Origin: Chiloscyllium plagiosum
Lineage: Eukaryota
Direction: 5' to 3'
Length of the DNA stretch: 64,000 bases
Assembly: GCF_004010195.1 (NCBI RefSeq)
Contig: NC_057749.1
Coordinates: forward strand, 9,894,728-9,958,727
Part shown: piece after piece, positions 1 through 11,700 of the stretch
How positions within the stretch are numbered: position 1 is the stretch's first letter
Layout of the letters: each line of letters opens with the position of its first letter
The notes under the pieces: generated by a model
What the model saw: only the letters and a program-made list of their open reading frames with translations
Told to the model about the DNA's origin: nothing
Databases searched by the model: none
Translations under genes and position numbers: made by a program

Positions 1-282
1 CTTGAGTAAAGTGCGTACGTGAAAGTTTGAAGTTAATGACAATCATTGTTTTGCTTTAAATCAGAATGACTGCTACAATAGGGTCATCTTGAATAATGTC
101 TGCAATCTTTGCAGCCCTATATGCATTCAAGTTGTTTTTGATTATCCTGTCAAAATTAGAATTCAGTGTTCCCATTCTGTTTTTAAAAAAATATTCTTAT
201 GTGATTATTGCTGTTAAGGCTGGCATTTATTTCCTATTGCTAATTGTCCATGAACTGAGTGGTTTGCCAGGCCATTTCAGAG

Positions 283-755
283 TAGACAAGCAGGAGGCTG
301 GAAGAACACAGCAAGCCAGGCAGCGTCAGGAGGTGAAATCAATGTTTCGGGTATAACCCTTCTTCAGGAATGGAGGTGGGGATAGGGATATAAAGGAGGG
401 GTGCTGTTATGCGTGGGGAGAGGGTCAGCATGGTGAGGTAGTGATAGGTGAATAGGGGTGGTTGGTATGTCCTGGTTGGTCAATAGGAGGAATGAATCCA
501 ATTGGTGGCTGGAAGGAAGGGTCAGTCAGAGGAATGGAAGGGAGGAGGGGGTGGGGGATGGGTGGGAAGGTTATTTGACATTGGAAAACTCAACTTTGAG
601 TCCTCCAGACTGTAGGCTGCCCAGGCAGAAGATGAGGTGTTGTACCTCCAATTTGTGGTCTGATTCACTGTGGCAGTGGAGGAAGCCGAGGATGGGCATG
701 TCGGAAAGGGAGTGGGAAGGGGAATTAAAATGGGTGGTGACTGGGAAGTTAGGTT
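283..755 (-). mobile_element. Penelope-like element 3' fragment (GIY-YIG C-terminus, 3'UTR and hammerhead remnant)
   Basis: Minus strand encodes KLEVQHLIFCLGSLQSGGLKVEFSN, the PLE ORF-end motif; 13-bp TSD ggccatttcagag at 270-282 and 756-768; splits an older SINE. Confidence 0.8.
337..369 (-). ncRNA. minimal hammerhead ribozyme motif (partly decayed)
   Basis: CUGAAGA-A-GGG-uuaua-CCC-GAAAC-AUU; ACGU palindrome decayed to ACAU. Confidence 0.55.
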
Positions 756-1378
756 GGCCATTTCAGAGGGCATTTAAAACTCAGCCACTTACCTGTGGAT
801 CTAGAATCACCTATAGGCCAGACTGGGTAAGGATGGCAGATATTTTTCCCTAAAGGACATTAATGAACCGGATGGGTCTTTACAACAACTGATGGTTGTT
901 TCAGGATTCCCATTACTGCAGCTCAGGTTTGCTTTGACATCAACTTTGATAATGGATGACATTGCCTTGATGATATTACGAAAAGTGCTACAACCCCCTA
1001 GGGTTTCAGCAATGATGGATTTTCAGCACTACTTGTTAGTGGTGTGTTCCGATCGTAAGATTGCACAATGGTGCTGTTGCCTCTGTAATTGAGTTGAAGA
1101 GTGTGTCTTTACAGCTGCTAATCAGCCTCTGGTGGGCTCTTTCTCACCTGAGATACGGAGACAACAAAAAGTCACTTTCATCAATTCTCTGATGAATCCA
1201 CAGCGTTTAGAATCCTGCTGTAATTTTGGTGCAAACTCCAATTGAATCCTGGCAAATCCGAAAGATTGAAGGTCATTGGTGAGGCCTCTTCTGGAGAACT
1301 GTGCCCAGGTCTGGTCACCCAGTTATAAGAAGGATATTGTTAAGCTGAAGTGGGTTTTCAGAAGAGCTTCTCCAGGAT

Positions 1379-1712
1379 AGAACATAGAACATAGAAGAAT
1401 ACAGCGCAGTACAGGCCCTTCGGCCCTCAATGTTGCGCCGATCCAAGCCCACCTAACCTACACTAGCCCACTATCCTCCATATGCCTATCCAATGCCCGC
1501 TTAAATGTCCATAATGAGGGAGAGTCCACCACTGCTACTGGCAGGGCATTCCATGAACTCACGACTCGCTGAGTAAAGAACCTACCCCTAACATCTGTCC
1601 TATACTTACCCCCCCTTAATTTAAATCTATGCCCCCTTGTAATAGCTGACTCCATACATGGAAAAAGATTCTCACAGTCAACCCTATCTAAACCCCTAAT
1701 CATTTTGTACAC
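1379..1712 (-). mobile_element. CR1-clade LINE 3' end
   Basis: VYKMIRGLDRVD..TRGHRFKLRG..FFTQRVVSSWNALP; (ttctatg)n tail. Confidence 0.88.
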
Positions 1713-1715
1713 TGT

Positions 1716-2034
1716 GGGGCGGCACGGTGGCACAGTGGTTAGCACTGCTGCTTCACAGCGCCAGAGACCCGAGTTCAATTCCCGCCTCAGGCGACTGACT
1801 GTGTGGAGTTTGCACATTCTCCCCGTGTCTGCATGGGTTTCCTCCGGGTGCTCTGGTTACCTCCCACAGTCCAAAGATGTGCAGGTCAGGTGAATTGGCC
1901 ATGCTAAATTGCCCGTAGTGTTAGGTAAAAAGGGGTACATGTAGGGGTATGGGTAGGTTGCGCTTCGGCGGGTCGGTGTGGACTTGTTGGGCTGAAGGGC
2001 CTGTTTCCACACTGTAAGTAATCTAATCTAATCT
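1716..2034 (+). mobile_element. HE1-type tRNA-derived V-SINE, full length
   Basis: A box TGGCACAGTGG, B box GTTCAATTCC, V-domain ggagtttgcacattctcccc, (taatc)n tail. Confidence 0.92.
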
Positions 2035-2485
2035 CAGGATGTATGGAAGGTTTGAGTTAGAAAGTAAGGCTGAGACTTTTTTCACCAGAGCGTAGGAGGT
2101 TGAGAGGCGATCTGATAGAAGTTTATAAAATAATGAGAGGTATAGATAGGGTTAATGGTTGTGCTCTTTTTCCCTAAGATGGGGGATTCTAAGACGAGTG
2201 GGCACATTTTTAAGGTGAGAGAAGAGAGATTTTTAAAAAAGACATAAGCAAATTGTTTACACAGAGGGTGGTTCATGTGTGGAATGAACTTCCTGAGAAA
2301 GTGTTAGATGTGGATACAATTACAACATCTAACAGACATTTGGGTAGATACGTGAATAGGAAAGGTTTGGAATGATGTGGGCCAGGAGCAGGCAGGTGGG
2401 ACTAGTTTAGTTTGGGATTATGTTTGATATAGACTGGTTGGACCGAAGGGTCTGCTTCCGTGCCGGATGACTCTGACTCTAGCTA

Positions 2486-2526
2486 AAGCTCTGATGAAAA
2501 GTCATCTTGATTGGAAACGTAAGCTT
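2486..2526 (+). ncRNA. minimal hammerhead ribozyme motif
   Basis: aagcu-CUGAUGA-aAAGUCAucuUGAUUg-GAAAC-GUA-agcuu; 5-bp stem I; lies within a PLE terminal fragment (about 2481-2617). Confidence 0.7.
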
Positions 2527-2669
2527 GCTGTCTCTCCATGGATGCTGCCTGACCCACTGAGATCCAGTATTTGTTGTTTTCAGTACAGATTCCAGCAACT
2601 GCAGTAAATTCCTCCTCGAATGAAGGGCTATTTCAACCTCCTCCTAATGTTGCTTATGTTGTTTCTTAG

Positions 2670-2731
2670 ATGAACAATCCAGCCATCCTTGTGGTAGGAA
2701 ATGATGGACGTCTTACATATGATCACTTGAA
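2670..2731 (+). CDS. LMAN1L: ERGIC-53-like coding exon (equivalent to LMAN1 exon 4): [20 protein letters not shown](N)
   Basis: ttcttag| acceptor, |gtaagt donor, 62 nt, phase 0 to 2; resembles LMAN1 KNNPAIVIIGNNGQIHYDHQN. Confidence 0.93.
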
Positions 2732-5700
2732 GTAAGTTTTCATTTCATTTGTGGGGTGAACTTGAGTTGTTTTCGAAACTCAAATCAGCGTTTTGCACTT
2801 GAGGCTGAAAGGCAACTTGATGCCTCAAGTTTATTTTATGTTGGAGACTGACAAAGTGTTATTTGTAAGCTTCCCTCTAATCGAATTTAGAAAACCGATG
2901 CTTGTTTGAATGGATAAGGAAAGAAGTGACTTTCAAAGCTTGTATGGAAGTGAATACTTGGCTCATTTTTTCCTTTCTTCGTAATTTGCCACTTTGTGAG
3001 TACACTTACAACATTTAAAAGGAATTTGAACAGGTACATCAATAGGAAAGGTTTTGAGGGATATTGGCCAACTACAGGCACATGGGACTAGTTTTGTTTG
3101 GGAAACTTAGTCGACATGGACAAGTTGGACTGAAGGGTCTGTTTCCAGACTCTCTGGTTAAGGAGCGATGCCTTGGTTAATGTCTCACATTCTAACTATT
3201 CCAGAGGAATAATTCTTGTTTTATTTTGTAACATTAAGCTTTTAATGTCAAACCTTAATTGTTCCAGGTTTTTCTTGAGTGTGGGTATCATAGCAAGCGT
3301 TAATTATCTGCCCATTTATCAAATTTAATCATGAAGCATCTTGGTATTTTTTAAAGATGTTGTATAAGTGGGAGTTGTTGCTGACTCTGCTTGTTCAAGG
3401 TGATGTTGGGATGCTGTCTTCCTATTAATGATTGGCATTATCACTGAAGGGTCACTTATAGTGTCGTAGAGATGTATAGCATGGAAACAGACCCTTCACT
3501 CCAACCCGTCCATGCCGACCAGATATCCCAACCCAATCTAGTCCCACCTGCCAGCACCTGGCCCATTATCCCTCCAAACCCTTCCTATTCAACTTGGTCA
3601 GTTCTGAGAGACTTGGAGATAATTTGCGGCTGGAGTTATTCGTAGATGGGGTGGCACAAGATCAGGTTCCTTTGGGATCCAAATGAACTGGCTTCACTGC
3701 AAAACTGAGGCTTTTGTGGTAATTATCTTGGCTCTTGTCCATTATTACTAGAATTCACTTGAAAGCTTGCCATGCTGCTTTATGAGTACCTTGCCTCTTA
3801 AATTTTCTACATCAGATTCTAACTTTTATTTTTCCTTTCAATCCAAGAGAGTTGGACTTTCTGAATGTTCCAAAATAGTCCATTAACTTGCTACTTCATG
3901 TTTGTCATATAATTTTGAAGCCGGAAATCTCCTTTTTTAATGTTATGAATTGTCTACTTTGTACCTGTTTAATAAAACAGTAACTGGTTGGACCCATTTG
4001 TGTTTTTATCCAAATTACAGTGACGGAGGAAGCCAGACCTTGGGCTCCTGTTTCCGTGATTATCGCAACATCTATCACGCTGTGAGAATCAGAGTAAGGT
4101 ATTACCAGAAGACATTACAGGTAAGTACTTGTAATACAGTCTGACTTTTATTCAAGTGTAACTTTATAGATTTGTTTGATGATTCTATCAGGTTTTGCCC
4201 TAGTCTTGAGTACTCCTCTTTCTTTCTAGAATTTCTTCATCCCCATTTGTTCTTCCTGGCTCACCCTGTGTTGAGCTGTAGTATTTATCTATGGGCAGCA
4301 CGGTGGCTCAGTGGTTAGCACTGCTGCCTCACAGCGCCAGGGACCCAGGTTCGATTCCTGCCGTGGGCGACTGTCTGTGGAGTTTGCACATTCTCCCTGT
4401 GTTTGTGTGGGTTTCCTCCGGGTGCTCCGGTTTCCTCCCACAATCAAAAGATGTGCAGGTCAGGTGAATTGGCCATGCTATATTGCCCACAGTGTTAGGT
4501 GCATTAGTCGGGTAAATATAGGGTAAGAGAATGGGTCTGAATGGGTCACTCTTCGGACGGTCGGTGTGGACTTGTTGGGCTGAAGGGCTTATTTCCATAC
4601 TGTAGGGAATCTAATATCTGGTATACGACAGGGTTAGACTGTTTGAGGAATGTTGGGGTGCTGGAGGAGGAGAATAGCTCGTGGATAATTGTCCAATCTC
4701 ATGTTGTTGATTCTCAATTATTATCGTTTGACAATTTTTTCTCTCTGCTTTGTTCCAATTTTGCTTTTCTTCCACAGCCAACTTAGCATGTTCCATTGGA
4801 GATGTCTTTAAATTTTATTGGTTGGCTTCTGGAATTTTGTTCTCTAAGTAAATCATTGATTTCTAAGTATATCTCCCAGCGGTTTGTAGAGGGAGGACCC
4901 TGACTGTTATCTGTCTTTTGAATGTGATGCTGCATCCTCAGGGCGGCACGGTGACTCAGTGGTTAGTACTGCTGCCTCAGCACCAGGGTCCCAGGTTCGG
5001 TTCTGGCCTTGGGCAACTGTCAGTGTGGAGTTTGCACATTCTCCCCGTGTCTGCGTGGGTTTGCTCCGGTTTCCTCCCATAGTCCAAAGATGTGCAGGTC
5101 AGGTGAATTGGCCATGCTAAATTGCCCATAGTGTTAGGTGCATTAGTCAGAGGGAAATGGGTCTGGGTGGGTTACTCTTCGGAGGTTGGTGTGGACTTGT
5201 TGGGTTGAAGGGCCTGTTTCCACACTGTAGGGAATCTAATCTAATCTAATCCTCCAGGCAGAAACAGATCCAGTCTCTGTTCTGCTACATTGCTGATCAT
5301 TTTCCTCCCCCTGGCGCCCCCTGCAGGTACACTTAAATATGGGCCAGACTGATCTCGACGAGAGCTACGAATTGTGCACAGAAGTGAAGGATATGAACCT
5401 TCCTTCGAGTGGATACTTTGGCATTTCAGCAGCCACTGGAGGAGTTGCTGGTGAGTGAGAAGGGAGCTTACTGGAGCGACGCTGCCGGTAGTGTTCATTC
5501 TGACTATTTGTGTAGGATTCCTCTCTTCCTGGTCAATCCTGGAGAATAATGTGCAGGTTTTCATCTTGTGTTTGGGTTGTCCTGCTGACCTACAATATGT
5601 CAGTACGGTATTGTCAAAATGCAACAACAACTTGCATTTATTATAGTGCTTTTAATGTCGCAAAACATCCAATTGAACACTGAGCCACGTAAGGAGATAC

Positions 5701-8700
5701 TAGGACTGGTGACGAAATGCCTGGTCAAAGGGGGCCAGTGTTAAGGAGGATGGGGAGTTTGAAGACCTTTAGGGAGGGAATTCCAGAGTTTAGGATCCAG
5801 GCAGCTGCCAGAGTGGTGAAAATAGGAATGTTCAAGCTGAAGGTGTCACGGTTACCGTGGATAGATTTTGGGATGGATGAGATTAAACGGAACTAAGGAG
5901 GGGTTAGGAACATGGAGGGATTTTAAAGTAACGAGGTGAATTTTAAAGTTGAGGTGTTGGAACACTGTGAGAGGACAATATTCACAGTTACTGTGTTGGG
6001 CAAACTCCTGTAAATGTCTCTGAGGGAAGGAAATCCGCCGTCCTTATCTGGTCTGGCCTACATGCGACTCCAACCTCACAGCAATCATGGTTGACTCTCA
6101 TCTGCCCTCTGAAATAGCCGAATGAGGCACTCAGTTCGGGGGGCAATTAGGGATGACCAACAAATACTGGCCTTGTCAGTGGCACCCACAACCCAAGAAA
6201 GACTTTAAAAAGAAAACTTGTCCTGGGGGGGGGGGAGAAACAAAAGTTAAATATTGCGGATTCTGCAAATCTGAAACTTGCTGCGTGCCGATGGTGTGGA
6301 AGTATATCGTGTTCCCTCTCTGTTGCTGGGTCAAATTCCCAGAACTCACTTCCTCACAGCATGGTCAGTGCATCCCACCTGGTCCCCTCACAGCTGCAGC
6401 AGGTCAACGAAGCCACTGACTCAGGGCAATTAGGGATGGGCAATAAATGCTGGCCCATCCAGCCACACCCACACCTTGTAACCATTATTTTTGAAAAAGC
6501 CTGAAGGGGTGACCCGGTGGCTCAGTGGTTAGCACTGCTGCCTCACAGCGCCAGGGACCCAGATTTGATCCCACCTTCAGGCGACTGTCTGCGCGGGTTT
6601 GCTCCGGTTTCCTCCCACAGTCACAAAGATGTGCAGGTTAAAGTGGATTGGCCTTGGGAAATGTGGGGTTACAGAGATAAGGTGGGTCAGAGTTGGATGC
6701 AGTTTGGAGGGTTAGTGCAGACTCGATGGGCCAAATGGCCTCTATCTGAACTGTCTGGATTCTGAGAGATGACAGGCTTGCTGTAATGCTTACATTCCAG
6801 AATATTTCCCTGTCTCTCTCCAATGAGCCACTTGAAACATCACAACATTCAAGATGATGGACCAAGTGCTGGAGTGTGGGCCCAATGTAGACAAAGTTGC
6901 TTTGACAAGACAGTACAGTGTCAATGAGCTGAAGGCTGTCTTCTGTACTGTATCATTCTATGATTTCCGATTATGAAAATCAGTTGATGCAAGGATGGAC
7001 GAGGGTCCTTTAGATCCAGAGGAAACATCAAGCTGTAGGGAATAAAAAGCAGCCAGAATTTGTTTTGGAAAAGACATTTGTGCTGATGGACTTGGTGGAG
7101 ATGATGGTATTGGATTATTGGGCAAGGTAGCACATTAAAGATTCAAAGGCTATTTCAGGCCAATGGAAAGGGAGAAAACAGGAGATTATGTTACAGCTGT
7201 ACAAGACATTGGTTAAGCCACTGTTTGAACATTGTGTGAAATTCTGGTCTCCTCCCTATCAGAAAGATGTTGTGAAACTTGCAAGGGTTCAGAAAAGGTT
7301 TACAAGGATGTTCTCTTCGAGGAGAAAGTGAGGTCTGCAGATGCTGGAGATGGCAGAGAGCTTCTTCAAGGAAGGCATCCTTGTAAGAGGATTCGCAGTA
7401 GGTTGAAATCTTTGAGGAGAAAGTGAGGTCTGCAGATTCCTGAAGAAGGGCCTGTGCCCGAAACGTCGAATCTCCTGTTCCCTGGATGCTGCCTGACCTG
7501 CTGTGCTGTTCCAGCAATAAAGTTTCAACTTTGATNNNNNNNNNNNNNNNNNNNNNNNGTATGGAATGAGCTGCCAAAGGAAGTGGTGAAGGCTGGTACA
7601 ATTGCAACATTTAAGAGGCATTTGGATGGGTATATGAATAGGAAGGGTTTGGAGGTATATGGGCTGGATGCTGGCAGGTGGGACTAGATTGGATTGGGAT
7701 ATCTGGTCGGCATGGATGGGTTGGACCGAAGGGTCTGTTTCTGTGCTGTACATCTCCACGATCTGTTGCGATAGTTGAAGGTGGGGCAAGGTATATTTCT
7801 TGTCATGTTTGAGTCAAATGGCATCCTCATTGCATTTCTTTCTGGTCTCCCTGCTGTAGTAAGCGTGTTGTGAAACTTGAAAGGGTTCAGAAAAGATTTA
7901 CAAGGATGTTGCCAGAGTTGCAGGGTTTGAGCTATTGGGAGAGGCTGAATAGGCTGGAGCTATTTTCGCTGGAGCTATTTTCACTGGAGCAGCGGAGGCT
8001 GAGGGGTGACCTTATAGAAATTTATAAAATCATGAGGGGCATGGAAAGGGTAAATAGACAAAGTCTCTTCCCTGGGGTGGTGGAGTCCGGAACTAGAGGG
8101 CATAGGTTTATGGGGAGAGGGGAAAGATATAAAAGGGACTTAAGGGGCAACCTTTTCATGCAGTGGGTGGTGCATGTATGGAACGAGGAAGTGGTGGAGG
8201 CTGGTACAATTACAACATTTAAAAGGCATCTGAATTGGTGCATGAATAGGAAGGGTTGTGAGGGATATGGGCCAAATGCTGGCAAATGGCATTCTATTAA
8301 TTTAGGATATCTGGTCAGCACGGACGAGTTGGACCACTGGGTCTGTTTCCCTGCTGTTCATCTCTATGATTCCTTCCGAATGTATGGTGAACATGGAATG
8401 GATTAACAACAATAAATTGATAATACAGTATCATGTGGTTTTAGTTCCATCTAGTGGTCAGGTCAAAAGTTGCGATTACTCAAACTGTAACAGGAAAATA
8501 AATCACTGTGCGTCATTGGTTACAGAATAAATACAAAATTAGTTAAAAGGAATTAAAAACTGTTGCCCCTTAAAGGTTCACTGAACTGACCAGGCTTGCT
8601 GCAGCTGAAGCTGACTGTTTTGAATCCTCAGTAGCATCTGTGGAGAGAAAGCAGGGTTAATGCGGCAGATCCAGTGGCCCTTGCTCAGAACCCTTTGGGT

Positions 8701-11700
8701 CCCTGGACCCAAAACGTTAATTCTGCTTTTTCTCCACAGATGTTGCCAAACCTGCTGTGCTTCTCCAGCAGTGTTTTCTTTTGGATTTTCAGCATCTGCA
8801 GTTCTTTAGTTTTAGTTGCTGTTTTCCACCTTCATACGAGTTGAAGTTTGAATTCCCTTGTGGTTCCTCTCCTTCGTAACGTTGTCCAGCTCCACCCGTC
8901 TGCTGCTGCATCCTTTACCTGGGCATTTGCTACCATTCTAGTCCCCACCTGGCTGTTCACCTTCTCTCGTCGTCAAAAAGGAATCCTGATGAAGGGCTTA
9001 TGCCCGAAACGTCAATTCTCCTGCTCCTTGGATGCTGTCTGACCTGCTGTGCTTTTTCAGCACCCAACTCTCTGCTCTGATCTCCACCACCTGCAGTCCT
9101 CACTTTCTCCTGTTCACCTACTCTGTAAACCTGACCTCTTCCAAAACCCATCTCCCCATATAACTTGCACAAAATATCTTTCAGCTGTGCTTGCTAACCA
9201 AGATTGGCCCGACCAGGAACCAATGTCTGGATTTTAAAATTCTCATACCCCTGGTCAAAAGTTTCTTAACGTTTATGACCCTACCCAGCTCAACCGCACT
9301 CTTGAGATCTGTGCGGCCCTCCAGCCCTAGTCTCTGACAGCAACCCTCCATCGAGTTCCTTCTCTCCACTGTGAGTAGGCATGCATTTAATTGCCTCCAG
9401 TCCTAGCTCTGAGATACCTTCACCTCTCCATCCATCTCCTGCTTTAAGCTTCTCCATAAACCAACCCCTTGGACCACGCTTTTGATCGCGTGTCCAACCC
9501 CTTGGACCACGCTTTTGATCGCGTGTGTTGGAAGACCATAAGAAATCTGAGGACGTTATGAAGATGTGGGTGTACTTTGAGAGTTAAAAGCAGCAGAACT
9601 ACCGGTCACAGCACCAAATGTTCTCAATAAGGCAACAATGTAACACTTGGTCGAGTAACTCGATTAGCTCGTTGCCTGGAGACAAAAACAAATTTTGAAT
9701 TTGGCCAGTTTAAATTATACCCCGAAAAGTATCAAACTCCAATCCAGTTTGATTTGGCAATCTTTAAAAGCAAATGACATAATCTGATGCCTTGGGACCA
9801 TTCCTTTCTCTAACCTATCTTTAACTTCCCTTCTATATTACTAGGAAGATCTGAATAGTAGAATGAAAGCTTGAGATAAGAAATGTGGATTGGGAGTTTT
9901 ATTGGACTAGTAATATAGAAGGGACGGTAAAAGATGGGTTAGAGTAAGGAATGGTAAATAGTTAATTATTCTCTGTTATACTTTAAGAAATAAAGTTGTT
10001 AATTATATAACTTTAAATAGTTCTTGGCCTCTCGAATGTTTACAGATTACTGCACGGGATAAATCTTTTCTGTGTTGCTGGCTTTAAGTTAAGCAGGAAG
10101 GTTTACCCCGTGTTGTAACAGGAGAAGTAGGCCATTCGACCCTTCGTGCCTATTCTATCAATCATTAGGATTGTGGCTGGTCTGACATTCCTCACATCTG
10201 CTTTCCTGTATTTTCCTTGATTCCCCGACTGATCAAGAATCTGTCTGTCTGAACCTTAAATGTACACAAGGACTCTGCACCCCCATGGTTGTCTGTCCCC
10301 ACCCAACCACAAAGACACCTAACCCTCCTCATCTCAGTCTGAAATTGGTGCCCTTTTATTCTGAGACTACACCCGCTGGTCTTAGGCTCTCGTAGGAGGG
10401 GAAGCATCCTCTCAGCATTGATCCTGTCAAGCCCCTTAAAGAATCCTGTCTGTTTCAATGGAATCTATTCTGATATCTCTCTCTGACTCCGTGACATGTT
10501 TTGCCTGATCACACTTTCAGTGAAGTGTCATGGGATGTTGTACACTGTTGAAGATGCGACATCAGTCCGTACTATAGAAATATTTTGTATTTGGTGATTT
10601 TTTTTTTTAAAAGGTAGCATCGATTGAAACCTAAGTCAGGTCTCTAATTAACTTTAAAATAAGATTACTTTGGGGAATGAGACTCTGGACATGACTATAG
10701 GAAAGGTCAATGCTGAGTGGAGATTTTCTGTTTCAGAGCCAGTGTTGGTGACTCCCTCTCTGCATTAGGTAACATTGCAGATAAAGTGGGTTTGACTGGG
10801 CATGTATTCACTAGAGTTTAGAGCGGATATAGCAGGGCTCGACAGAAAGATGCAGGGAGGATGTTTCCCTGGTTGGGGAATCAGGTACCAGGGGTCACAG
10901 TGTCTGGATATAGGGTATGAGGAATTCTCTCCCCCAGAAAGCTGTGGAAGTCAGATCACTGAATATATTCGATAAATACATTTTTATATCTTGAAGACAT
11001 CAAAGATATGGAGAGAAAGTAGGTATACGGCATTGAGGTAAAGGATCACCCATGACACTAGTGAATTATTGGATCTAGCGTTTGGAGCTAAAGGGATCAA
11101 AGCAGTGGGCAGCACAGTTGCTCAGTGGTTAGCACCGCTGTATCGCAGCACTACGGACCCAGGTTTGATTCCAGCCATGGACGACTGTACAAACTCCACA
11201 CAGACATTCTCCCTGTGTCTGTGTGGGCTTCCTCCAGTTTCCTTGCACAGTCCAAAGATGTACAAGCTGAGTGGATTAGCCACGGGAAACATGGGGTTAC
11301 TGGAATAGGGTAAGGTTGTGGGTCTGGGTGTGTTACTTTTCAGAGGGTCGGTGTGGACTCGATGGGCCAAAAATGGCCTGCTACCGTACTGTAGGGATTC
11401 TGTGATATGGGAGAAAGCAGTAAAAGGCTGTTGATTTGGATGATTACAACGAATGACAGCAGGCTTGAAGGGCCGAATGGCCTACTCCTGCTCTTAGTAA
11501 ATTCTGTTCATCTTCTCTTGCAGATGACCATGATGTTCTGTCCTTTCTCACATTCAGCTTGACGGAGCCTGGAACAATGGTGGGAATCATAAGGGCCCAG
11601 CCTTTGTTTGACCTGTGTTACGTAGAAACATGCCCCCCCCAGCAATACGTGGTTTTAACAAACGATTGCAACACTCTCCGAAAACGTGGCCAGCAACGTT

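Larger units (their letters stand above)
1268..2480 (+). mobile_element. CR1/HER1 LINE 3' fragment interrupted at 1379-2034
   Basis: Decayed LVRPLLENCAQVWSP and [16 protein letters not shown] motifs; HER1-type tail. Confidence 0.85.
7185..7762 (+). mobile_element. CR1/HER1 fragment interrupted by a PLE terminal fragment (about 7317-7535) and an N gap
   Basis: [31 protein letters not shown]; tail after the gap. Confidence 0.8.

Noticed and set aside
1190..1215. CTGATGA resembling a hammerhead core or snoRNA box
   Set aside because: No stem II or GAAAC-GUH downstream and no terminal stem
1716..1790. tRNA genes at SINE heads throughout the window
   Set aside because: A/B boxes continue into V-SINE body and LINE-like tail, so these are SINEs, not tRNAs
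2670..2672. ATG at the start of the first exon as translation start
   Set aside because: It directly follows a splice acceptor and corresponds to mid-lectin domain; the signal peptide exons must be upstream of the window
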